DNA of 32,000 nt from Wallemia ichthyophaga EXF-994 (Eukaryota > Fungi > Basidiomycota): assembly GCF_000400465.1 (NCBI RefSeq), contig NW_008806288.1, forward strand, positions 60,001 to 92,000, written 5' to 3'. The position numbers and the translations under genes are program-made. Below, piece by piece: positions 12,112 through 21,411 of the stretch. Under the pieces are notes generated by a model that saw only the letters and a list, made by a program, of their open reading frames with translations, was not told the origin of the DNA and ran no database searches. Position 1 is the stretch's first letter; each line of letters opens with the position of its first letter.

Positions 12112-13446
12112 ATGAACGAGCTGGAGAGAAGGATAGAGAGGGTACTAGCGAGCCGGAAAGAGCGGGGGTTGTTACGCCGACTTGGTGGGGATGCGATAGC
12201 GACGGCGACGCCAACGACGGAGCTAATTGACTTCTCCACCAATGACTATCTATCGCTATCGCGCAACAAGCAGCTAATAAAGCGAGTGAAGGGGACACTG
12301 AGCGAGCCAACAGTGCAAGTGCTCGGCAGCAAAGGAAGCAGGTTGCTTGACGGGGACAGTGCGCTACACCGCCAAATCGAAGGTCGTCTATCCAATTTTT
12401 ACAGGGCACCAGATGCGCTGCTCTTCAACAGCGGTTACGATGCTAACGTTTCGCTCTTCTCCACGCTACCCGACGCGCACGATGTCGTTATCTACGACGA
12501 ACTCATTCACGCTTCCGTGCATGACGGAATGCGCTCAAGTCGAACACGACACTTGTGGCCCTGCCGCCACAGCGATGTTAAACATCTAGCTGAGTTGGTG
12601 GGGCGAGCGCGGCAAATGCCCGGAGCGACGAGCACGTTCGTTGCGCTCGAATCGGTCTACTCGATGGACGGCGATGTGTGTCCGTTGCAGGAGGTTGTGG
12701 AGGCTGTGGAGGCGGTACAAGCAGATGCAGACGACGCAGCAGAGCGCAACGTGCACATGATCGTCGACGAGGCACATGCGACGGGGTACATGGGGGGAGG
12801 GCGTGGGTTGGTATCGCAACTTGAGCTCGACAAACACATTTCTGTCAAACTCAACACCTTCGGTAAGGCTCTGTGCGCGGCGGGGGCGGTCGTGTGTTGC
12901 ACTCCCAGCATACGACACTACCTCATCAACTACGCCCGTCCACTCATCTTCTCCACTTGCATGTCTATGTCTAACCTCCACACTATCGATGTCGTTCATC
13001 GGTTGTTGGCTCAAGGGGCATTTACAAAGGAAATGCACTCACTTGAAGGTAATTCACGCTATTTGAAGGGGAGGTTAGGTGGGATATGTGGTGTAACTCG
13101 TGTTTCCGTTGGATCTGGTGAATCTGGTGAATCTGGTGAATCTGGGGCAACAATTGCTCGTAATTCTCACAATTCTCCCGGCACCCCTGGAACCCTTGTT
13201 GACACACCCATTTCACCCATCCTCACGCCTCACTCTAGGGAACTGGCTGGCACGCTTCAGAAGCGGGGGTTTCTAGTGCGGCCAGTGACATTCCCCACGG
13301 TGCCTAGAGGCAGTGACCGTGTGCGGGTGTGTGTCCACGCACACAACACCAAAGAGGAGATCGACGGGCTAGTACGGGAGGTGGAGAGGTTTATGGGGAG
13401 CAGGAGTGGGAGTGGCAGCAGTGTTAGTAGTCGGAGTAAGCTGTAA
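12112..13446 (+). CDS. bioF: 8-amino-7-oxononanoate (KAPA) synthase with C-terminal PTS1 -SKL
   Basis: Motifs DFSTNDYLSL, GSRLLDG, FNSGYDAN, DELIHASVHDG, ESVYSMDGD, VDEAHATG, the PLP-lysine motif TFGKAL and PTVPRGSDRVR. The protein ends ...SRSKL*. Confidence 0.93.
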   Translation: MNELERRIERVLASRKERGLLRRLGGDAIATATPTTELIDFSTNDYLSLSRNKQLIKRVKGTLSEPTVQVLGSKGSRLLDGDSALHRQIEGRLSNFYRAPDALLFNSGYDANVSLFSTLPDAHDVVIYDELIHASVHDGMRSSRTRHLWPCRHSDVKHLAELVGRARQMPGATSTFVALESVYSMDGDVCPLQEVVEAVEAVQADADDAAERNVHMIVDEAHATGYMGGGRGLVSQLELDKHISVKLNTFGKALCAAGAVVCCTPSIRHYLINYARPLIFSTCMSMSNLHTIDVVHRLLAQGAFTKEMHSLEGNSRYLKGRLGGICGVTRVSVGSGESGESGESGATIARNSHNSPGTPGTLVDTPISPILTPHSRELAGTLQKRGFLVRPVTFPTVPRGSDRVRVCVHAHNTKEEIDGLVREVERFMGSRSGSGSSVSSRSKL

Positions 13447-13510
13447 GCTGTAAGAAGAATGCACTATAGATGATACATTTGCCACATTTTACCCAACCAC
13501 CAACATACCC

Positions 13511-13570
13511 CGACTAACCCAGACTAACCCATTTTAACCCATTTTAACCCATTTTAACCCAGACTAACTC
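13511..13570 (+). repeat. Six-unit 10-bp tandem array with a TAACCC core immediately upstream of the CTR ATG
   Basis: CGACTAACCC AGACTAACCC ATTTTAACCC ATTTTAACCC ATTTTAACCC AGACTAACTC, read directly from the sequence. Confidence 0.95.
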
Positions 13571-13572
13571 AA

Positions 13573-14150
13573 ATGGATCATCACAATCACGGCGATATGG
13601 ATATGGATATGGGTACGTGCAAGGTGTGTTTGAGGTGCTCGTGGTGAGATTGCTGGCTGACCCAACGCCTCAATGGTAGATGGATATGCTGTGGAACTGG
13701 TCCATCACAGACCGCTGCGTGGTATTCGAGAGCTGGCATATCACCACGTTCACCAGCGCCATCTTCTCGCTCCTCACCATCACCCTCCTCGCTGTGCTGT
13801 TCGAATGGCTCAGATGGCGTATGAGGGTGGCAGATGCAGCGATAGCGGCTAGTTTAGCCATCGCGTACAATGTGGATGTGAATTTCAATGAGGGCGGGGA
13901 CGTGGAAGAAAATGTGACTGTGAACAGACGCGCTGGAAAACTACTCGTGCCTAAACATCAACAAATACAGCGCAGTCTCCTCTACGCAGTCTCAGCAGCA
14001 CTCTCCTTCTTCTTGATGCTCGTTTTCATGACTTACAACGCACCACTCATCGCTGCAGTCATCCTCGGCGCGGGTGTTGGACACTATGTATTTCACAGGG
14101 AGATCGACGTGGCTAGTCTCAACCAGTCGTCTGTCGGCTGCCATTTGTAA
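13573..14150 (+). CDS. CTR2: Ctr-family copper transporter (Ctr2-like)
   Basis: N-terminal MDHHNHGDMDMDM metal motif; intron 13624-13679; MLWNW, FESWHI, MxxxM (MLVFM-TYN) and GxxxG (GAGVG). Confidence 0.92.
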
Positions 14151-14225
14151 AGGTACCAAATTATTCTTCAAGAATTTATTCATTGTCGGTTTTATTGAAA
14201 GAATTAGTCTTTACAAAATATACTT

Positions 14226-15345
14226 TCAAACCTTCTCAACTTGTTTGTCACCTTGCTCATTCTCCTGCTCATGCCCAGGCACACGCTCGTAAGCTTGTTG
14301 GTGGCGTGCAGCGCGGGCCCTCTTCAAAGCGACAGTGAGGTGCGCGAGGGTAGCGCATGACCAGAAACCGAAGAAGGAGATGAGGAAGAGGGAGAAGAAG
14401 GAGGCGTTGTGGATGGCGGAGGCGAGATTGGCGACCATCGAATGGAATCTCTGTCTGAAGCATGGCTGTGATGACTTGTGAGATGCCTTGTGGTTGTGAG
14501 TGGCTTGATGCATCTTGCAAGGAACGTGTTTCAGTTGGTTGCCATGCTTGAGAGTTACGAGGGGTGGGAGGTGAGAGTGAGAGTGGGAGTGTTGGTGCTT
14601 ATGAGCCAATTTCATCATCTTCATCTTCTGGTGGACCTTGTTCATCTTCTCTTTGATATGCGCGATGAATGCTTCCTTATCAGCGACTCTGTGGGCCTCC
14701 CTATCAGCTGCGACTGCGTCGCTATCAGCTACTTCTGGCTTTTTCTGCTGAGTGACTTGAAGGGTGAAAATTGGGTTTGATAGGTGGTGCTCTGCATTAT
14801 CTTCGAGTACCTTAATGTAAACAACAAGACGACGAGTGTTCTCGTCGATATCAATGCCCTTGAGTCTTAACTGCGCTGCGACGATACCCTTTGGAAGCTT
14901 ATCGATATGTTCCTGTTTAATGTCGTCTGCCTGATTGATTTCTTCTGGGGATAAAGTGAGCGACTCGACCTTGACGACAGGACCAGCGTGGAGAGGTTCA
15001 TCAGAGTTAATGAGGGATTCATCGGCGAGATCAATCTTGCCACCGTTGATGTAAATAGAGTGATCAGGCTCGTCGTAGTGGATTTTGAAGACGAGGTGTG
15101 ATTGGCGTTGAAGGAGGTGCGAGTTGTGGTGGTGGTCGTCGATGAGGTCATCAGTTCTGATTAGGTGGATAAGAGCGTCTTCTGGGTGACCCTTACCGCC
15201 CAATACTTGAACTTGGTTCTTGACAACGTCGACAAGTGGCGTGGCGAGAGCGGAGAAAAGGAGGGAAATGGCTGTGAGAGAGAATTAGGTGGGAGTTTTG
15301 GAATATCAAAAGTATCTCACTGGTTATTAGCGTTAATATTCTCAT
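14226..15345 (-). CDS. His-rich type-I membrane protein with signal peptide, unknown function
   Basis: Exon 15345-15321 and intron 15320-15272 (49 nt) give the signal-like N-terminus MRILTLITTISLLFSALATP. His-rich segments, a hydrophobic segment FFSLFLISFFGFWSCATLAHL and an acidic tail with YERV follow. Confidence 0.8.
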
Positions 15346-15451
15346 GATGGATGTTGAGAATTGAATTGAATGTGAATCGAGCCACGTGTGACGTTTAGCA
15401 TACCGATAAGGAATGCGATGAATGTAAATTAAAAATATATTAAAACCACAT

Positions 15452-15719
15452 CTATAAAGGCTCCTTCAACTCCCCAATAGCTTTCAAGTTGTAATTGACA
15501 TTTCTATTGTAGTTATCAAATAATTTCGAGGTTATGACGGTATCTTTGTTGGCGGTGTTTACATCTTGAACGCATTTGTTAAGCTCGTTGAAGGCTTCAT
15601 TGCATCTCTCCTGGGATTGTTATAGATTATTAGGGTATTTGAATGAATCTATAACCCACAACGTTCTTGATTATCCTTTCTAATAGAACACCTTGTCTTT
15701 CTTCGAAGGGATTGGACAT
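15452..15719 (-). CDS. DAD4: DASH/Dam1 kinetochore complex subunit Dad4 (not in ORF track)
   Basis: Exons 15719-15660 and 15610-15452 (49-nt intron) encode the 72-aa MSNPFEERQGVLLERIIKNVERCNEAFNELNKCVQDVNTANKDTVITSKLFDNYNRNVNYNLKAIGELKEPL, a typical Dad4 sequence. Confidence 0.93.
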
Positions 15720-15723
15720 TACC

Positions 15724-15817
15724 AGTTATTTCAAGTGATTCCAATTACTTTCAAGTGACTTTTAAATTAAACCAGCTTCCAGTAATTTGTAGTGATTTGA
15801 AATAATTTCTAGTGACT
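15724..15817. promoter_or_regulatory. Putative bidirectional promoter between DAD4 and SMD3 with four AGTGA(T/C)T motifs
   Basis: Motif at 15734, 15754, 15791 and 15811 (two pairs spaced 20 bp apart) inside the 142-bp divergent gap. Confidence 0.4.
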
Positions 15818-15861
15818 AGTAATTTACTAGATGAAGGTTGAATAAATACAGTCATTGAACA

Positions 15862-16383
15862 ATGTCTTCTGTACCCATAAAATTAATCCATGAGAGTGAA
15901 TAGGCTGTTTAGAGTGTAAATTCTCAATCCTCACACACTCCCAGCCCTTGGTCACGTTGTAACGATTGAATTAAAGTCTGGTCAGTTGTACAGAGGCAAG
16001 TTACAGGAAGGTACGAGTAATCTGATTACTTTATCCCCATCTAACAAACCCTTGTACAGCTGAAGACAACCTCAACGTCAGTCTACAGGATATTACAGTA
16101 ACTGCAAGGGATGGACGCGTTTCTCAATTAGACCAAGTTTATATCAGAGGGAGTATGATCAAGTTTGTTGTTGTTCCTGATATGTTACAGAATGCACCAA
16201 TGTAAGTGGGCTAACTTGAGTAGTTATACTTGCGATTCTGACATGCCTCACAGGTTCAAACGTATCGGTCCAAATGCAATGAAAGGTAGAGGTATTGGTA
16301 CTGCAAGAGGTAGAGCAACTATAATGAGGGCTAATGCAAGGAGAGGAAGGGGTGGACCACCACCACCGGGGATTAGAAGGTAG
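15862..16383 (+). CDS. SMD3: Small nuclear ribonucleoprotein Sm D3, 3 introns
   Basis: Spliced product [84 protein letters not shown] followed by an RG-rich tail. Confidence 0.96.
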
Positions 16384-16391
16384 AAGTTAAT

Positions 16392-16745
16392 TCAATGACA
16401 CACATTTATAAAACTAGGCTTGTTTATTACTTGATCAATTCCTCTATCCTTCATCACTGTCTGCCATTCAATTGAGTGCAGTTTCGTTGTTCTCAGTGAT
16501 AACCCAAATACAAACAGCGCAAGACTGAGGAATGTTTCCATTACAATCTATAGTCTGTTAGGTGGTGTACTATATGGTGTAATCCACTCACATCAATTGC
16601 TGGCTCTGTTGGATTTATACTCCTCGATTCAAACGTAGAGAATCCCGCTGTGTATAGAGTTTATCAGCCAGATACACTTACAAGAATCAAACACACCATG
16701 TAAGAGCATCACTATACTCAACAACACAACACACACACTCAACAT
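16392..16745 (-). CDS. EMC5: ER membrane complex subunit 5 / membrane magnesium transporter (MMgT) family, 86 aa (not in ORF track)
   Basis: Exons 16745-16697, 16647-16592 and 16547-16392 (introns of 49 and 44 nt). Product MLSVCVVLLSIVMLLHAGFSTFE...AIDIVMETFLSLALFVFGLSL..KLHSIEW...KPSFINVCH fits the LLHAxxS / DIxxET / IxW pattern of the family. Confidence 0.88.
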
Positions 16746-16782
16746 GGCTGTACACTTTCAACCACTAAATATATGCCATTTT

Positions 16783-18036
16783 CTACATCTTCATTAATCT
16801 CACCTGTGATTGTCCCCCAACAGCTATCCAATCCTCCCAACTACTTCTTTTGCCTACGACACTGGGTACACTCCCCCAAGCCAAGCTATGCACCGGTGAT
16901 GCACCTCTATAACTGAGTACGCTGTCTTTCAACAGTGAAGGTTTGTTGCTCACTGAACTACTCTGTCTGCTCATCCCATTTGACCCCGTCTTATCACCCA
17001 CTTTCTCACCCCTCTTCACATCCCACAGGTGCACCGCTCCATCATCTCCACCCGTTGCAAGCACTCCTCCATCTGGTTTCCATGCTATACCACTAACGCC
17101 GCGAGTATGAGCGCGTATATTAGTCACTGGCGCACCTGGTGAGCGCATATCTAACACGTGTACATCCCCACTATCAGCGCGGAAAGTGGCTAGATAGTTA
17201 CTGTCGTATGGGTTAAATGAGAGACGTAGAAGGGGTGCGTTTGTGGTGCTGGTGCTGGTTATAGGTGAGTTATCATTCTTATTGGGTATGTTGGATTGTG
17301 TATTTGGTTGTGCTCTTCTCTTATCTATCGCACTAGTCTCGTATAAGATAGTGGAATGTTCCAAACTGCGCAAATCAAACGCTCTCAAGGAACCATCCGC
17401 ACCGACACTAACGAAGATATCACTGGATCTAGGTAACCATGAGACATCATAAACCTCTCTATCATGAGCTATCAGTTGGGTGATTGGTGTGCGTGTTTCA
17501 AGATCCCAGACAGTACACGTCGTATCAATAGATGATGTAACTATACGTGAAGGAGTTGAATGATTCCAACTGAATGAAGTTAAAGGTGCTGCTGTTCCTG
17601 GAGTTTTCGGAGTCAATTGAGCTATTAAATTGAGTGAAGAGGGTTGGGTATTGATTGGGTTATGGATATTGCCATTAAAGTTACTCTGATTACTCTGATT
17701 AAATTCATTAAACTCCCATAACTTCAAAACATCTGATGTACTGGCTATTAATTCATTTCTACGCTTGGATATTGGCTCCCAGGCAACCTTTGTTGGTGGA
17801 TATCCATGATGTGCTTGTGCTAGTATATTGAAATCACCTCCATCAACACCAGTTGGTGGTACATCTGGTTCACTTAGAGGGAGCGAAGAGCTAAGACCGA
17901 TCACCTGCAACTGATTACTGTAATCTTCCACGTAAGATCCAAGTGCTAGACGCGGTAACGAACTACCTCCCCTCTCATTCGCCCATGCCAATGCTGATAC
18001 AGGTAAAGATGAATTATGCGTGAGTGTGCTGGCCAT
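16783..18036 (-). CDS. WD40 protein, DCAF7/WDR68/Han11 (TTG1-like) family
   Basis: Motifs HGYPPTK, APLTSFSW, SSIDTTCTVWD, TQLIAHDREVYDV and SVGADGSLRAFDLRSLEHSTILYE. Single exon; first ATG at 18036. Confidence 0.93.
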   Translation of the reverse strand: MASTLTHNSSLPVSALAWANERGGSSLPRLALGSYVEDYSNQLQVIGLSSSLPLSEPDVPPTGVDGGDFNILAQAHHGYPPTKVAWEPISKRRNELIASTSDVLKLWEFNEFNQSNQSNFNGNIHNPINTQPSSLNLIAQLTPKTPGTAAPLTSFSWNHSTPSRIVTSSIDTTCTVWDLETRTPITQLIAHDREVYDVSWLPRSSDIFVSVGADGSLRAFDLRSLEHSTILYETSAIDKRRAQPNTQSNIPNKNDNSPITSTSTTNAPLLRLSFNPYDSNYLATFRADSGDVHVLDMRSPGAPVTNIRAHTRGVSGIAWKPDGGVLATGGDDGAVHLWDVKRGEKVGDKTGSNGMSRQSSSVSNKPSLLKDSVLSYRGASPVHSLAWGSVPSVVGKRSSWEDWIAVGGQSQVRLMKM

Positions 18037-18470
18037 TAGAATCAATTCAATTCAATTTTATTCGATTTAATTAGATTTAATTTAATTCGTCGGTTTATTC
18101 AACGCCTTCTTCCTCCTTCCTTATGACGGTCTGACGTCGTCAGTCGTGAAGCGTGGTCTGTTATGTTTTAGGTAAAATTATTTAAATTTTAAACTTGATT
18201 CATTTAATTGGGAGATGGAATCCATTATTTTTTATATCTTCTTTCTTCTCTCAACGCTAGATCCTTGGCTACTCGCTGGTATGTGGTGATGAGATGAAAT
18301 TATATGGTTGTAAATGAGATGACAGGAGATGTTACAGAGATGATTTGAGATGATATTTCTGCTTTTACCGCATTAGGCAGCCCTTCCAACTCAAATCCGG
18401 TCATCTCTCCCACTCTTCTCTCCTCACAATCACAAACAAATCAAGAAATCAAAAAATAAAAATCAATTAG

Positions 18471-20144
18471 ATGCCACAGCACGAATCCTATGCATACAGT
18501 ACACACACCACTCAGTCTCCATCTACCCCACGTAAACGTACCAGCGCGTCTAATTTCGCTGACAGATTCATTCCTGCACGTAGCAGCGTCAGTAGAGAGG
18601 CTTATACTCTCCATGATTCTGCACAATCCCCAACCCACTTGCACTCCCCTTCTAAGAAACGCTCGACGTCTCTCCTCGACAGCCCCAACACTCCACGCGA
18701 ACCGAAGCTGATAGGTTTAGCTGGCGGTGAGGTGGATGCAGTGAATGAGGAAAGCAATAGAACATTTAGCAGTCTCCTCTCGAATGAGTTGTTTGGCGGA
18801 GGAGCGAGTGGAACGAATGGATCAAATACACAAACAGAGCCAAACACTCGCAACACGCATAATGCACCCACCACACCCACCACACCGACGACACCACGCA
18901 AAATATTCAACTACATGCCTTCATCACCCTCCTTATCGTTATCGCAATCACAATCCAGTGCACGCAGCATCAGCACTCTCAGCGGGCTCGACAACGCCAC
19001 CCACGAGCGCTACTCGACGTCGCCTGTGAAAAGTGCCAGCCACGTGCTACTCTCCTCGCCTCGCCACCTACGTAAAGTCCCAAAGCTGCCCTACAAAGTG
19101 CTCGATGCGCCGGAGCTAGCCGACGACTACTACCTAAATCTGCTTGACTGGTCAACGACGAACATTCTTGCTGTAGCGCTAGCGTCAACAGTGTACATAT
19201 GGATGGCTGAGACTGGGCAAGTTATGACGCTGTGCAATGTACGTGACACACCAGCTGCGGCAGGAGTGAGTGAAGGCGAGCGGGAGATGGAGTCAGTAAG
19301 CAGTCTCCGCTGGACGGACCGTGGCTCGCAGCTAGCTGTGGGGCTGCGCAGCGGCGGTGTGCAACTGTGGGATGTACCTAGTGGTAAGCTCCTACGCGTG
19401 CTTGGTGGCCATCGCAATCGTACAGGCACTCTCACCTGGTCTGGATGCATGTTAGCAAGTGGGTCACGTGATAAGAGCGTCCTTATTCGTGACGTGCGCG
19501 TCCGTGATCACTTCATCCGTCGCGTCGCGGGTCATCGTCAGGAAATCACTGGATTGGAGTACAGCCCGGCCGGTGATATGCTCGCAAGTGGCGGGAATGA
19601 TAACAAACTTTTCGTGTGGTCTACACAATCCTTCAATTATATTCACAGATACACGGAACACGATGCTGCCGTAAAGGCTCTTAGTTGGAACCCACATCAT
19701 AGAGGAATTCTCGCGAGTGGTGGCGGTACCTCGGATCGCAGGATACTGTTCTGGGACGCACTTAGAGGCGAAAGACATAGCGTGGGTGATTGGGATACCG
19801 GTAGTCAGGTCTGCAAGCTCTGGTTCAGCAAAAATACACAGGAACTCGTCTCGACACATGGCTACTCAGGAACCAGCCACCAGAATCACATATCTATCTG
19901 GAAATACCCATCTATGTCGCAGGTATCCACTCTCACTGGTCACACTTACCGCGTTCTCTACCTCGCTGCTAGCCCAGACGGCGAGACTATCGTGACTGGC
20001 AGCGGCGATGAGACTATTCGCTTCTGGAAGGCTTTCCCGGCGGTGAGGAGTAGACGTCACAGCAAGTCTCACGGCGATAGCGACCACGCCGCTCATGATG
20101 ACTCTGATAGCTCTTCTCTCAATATCAAGAAACTAATAAGGTAG
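18471..20144 (+). CDS. CDH1: APC/C coactivator Cdh1/Fzr1 (Ste9/Srw1)
   Basis: C-box DRFIPAR, many S/T-P sites, PYKVLDAPELADDYYLNLLDW, WD40 propeller, WKYPSM..TLTGHTYRVLYLA and a C-terminal IR tail. Confidence 0.95.
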   Translation: MPQHESYAYSTHTTQSPSTPRKRTSASNFADRFIPARSSVSREAYTLHDSAQSPTHLHSPSKKRSTSLLDSPNTPREPKLIGLAGGEVDAVNEESNRTFSSLLSNELFGGGASGTNGSNTQTEPNTRNTHNAPTTPTTPTTPRKIFNYMPSSPSLSLSQSQSSARSISTLSGLDNATHERYSTSPVKSASHVLLSSPRHLRKVPKLPYKVLDAPELADDYYLNLLDWSTTNILAVALASTVYIWMAETGQVMTLCNVRDTPAAAGVSEGEREMESVSSLRWTDRGSQLAVGLRSGGVQLWDVPSGKLLRVLGGHRNRTGTLTWSGCMLASGSRDKSVLIRDVRVRDHFIRRVAGHRQEITGLEYSPAGDMLASGGNDNKLFVWSTQSFNYIHRYTEHDAAVKALSWNPHHRGILASGGGTSDRRILFWDALRGERHSVGDWDTGSQVCKLWFSKNTQELVSTHGYSGTSHQNHISIWKYPSMSQVSTLTGHTYRVLYLAASPDGETIVTGSGDETIRFWKAFPAVRSRRHSKSHGDSDHAAHDDSDSSSLNIKKLIR

Positions 20145-20299
20145 CTGGTCCTCTCTTATTGGTGGTTTAAGTATTATTATTATAGCATACTCTCAAGCAT
20201 ACTTTACTCTACTCTTGCATAGCATCTCTCACATCTCACATCTCAGTGTACTCAATATCTCATGTCATTCAACATTCAACACATCATACATACAGTAAT

Positions 20300-21389
20300 T
20301 CATTCCGACTTGTCGAACACGCCGTCGAGGATTGGCCACATGCATGCGTCGGTGAGGTTGAGGTGTCTGGTGTGTGTTAGTGGGATTGCGTGTGCGTTAT
20401 GCGTCTCTACTAACCGTCCATCGCACGCCTTCAAGTGTAATCTGCCTTGCTCGTTCAATCTTCTCAAACCAAGTGGGTCCAATGGGTGAGTGTAGATGGG
20501 TTGTTGTTCGAGCGGCACAATCTCAGAGCTCTCTCCCTCGCTTGACACATTTGAAAGTCTTGAGACATTCGAGGAGCCGAACCAGGCAGACTGCTTGGGT
20601 GTGACGGTGGTATCCCCGCTAAACATGACGGCTGTAAAGCTTTCCAATGCGGCCAACCTATCGCCTTGCTTGGGTGAGTAACTGGCGTGCCCCTCTTGGA
20701 TCAGGGCCCGCTCGTTATTTAGTCCCGCGAGCCAAGTCGATTTGCGCAGATACTCAGCATATCTAGTTGGATCGCGGTAGTATTGCGCAACAACCGCATG
20801 CGATTGTGCGTAAGCGGTATACACGCCCCACCGCGTAACCAGTGCGACGGCAGCACACACCCAGTCGCGGGGTGCGCATCGCGGCAGCCGCTCAATGCCC
20901 ATGTGGGGGGTACCGAAAGTGACGAGGTGCCTCAACGGTGGTGCTTCCGGGCATTGCTCGATAACCGCGCGCAGGAATAGCCCACCTTGCGACAGACCAA
21001 TCGCGTTGACGGGGGTGTTGTCGAGTTGGGATAGCTTCGAACACGCTACTTGTACATTGTAGTTGGCGTCTGAGAGCTGAGAAATGCAAGATGGAGAGTG
21101 TTAGATGGCGTCATTGCGCTCAAACGCTCTCTGTCCATCTACTCACACCACTCAGTCGGCGATCTTCGCTGGGCGTGTCGCCGATGCTGACGCCGTAGAC
21201 GCGCGTGTCGTACCGCTCTGATAGCTCTCCCATCAGCTCCTCCATCCCGCTGCTCAACACGCTGTCGCCGAGTCCTCCCCAGACGAGAATAGGGAGATTT
21301 TCGGGCGCTGAAGATAGAGGCGGAGACGGCGGCTGGACCGAGCAGAGGAAATAGTTGGCGACTGCTGCAAATATCCCGAATAGCTTCAT
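20300..21389 (-). CDS. PPT1: Palmitoyl-protein thioesterase (PPT1 family), 2 introns
   Basis: Signal-like N-terminus, PILVWGGLGDS, nucleophile GLSQG, LVTFGTPHMG, AQYYRDP, catalytic Asp in GDTTVTP, and His in CDGR|HLN after a 48-nt intron (20367-20414). Confidence 0.9.
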
Positions 21390-21411
21390 GACCGCAGCTT
21401 CTTGAGCGACG

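Noticed and set aside
13511-13570. Interstitial telomere
   Set aside because: There are no contiguous TTAGGG/CCCTAA repeats; the hexamers are separated by 4-nt spacers. Kept only as a 10-bp tandem repeat.
7378-16745. Metal-homeostasis gene cluster (NiCoT, CTR, His-rich protein, MMgT/EMC5)
   Set aside because: These genes are interspersed with unrelated housekeeping genes, and EMC5 is mainly an EMC subunit; chance adjacency is sufficient.
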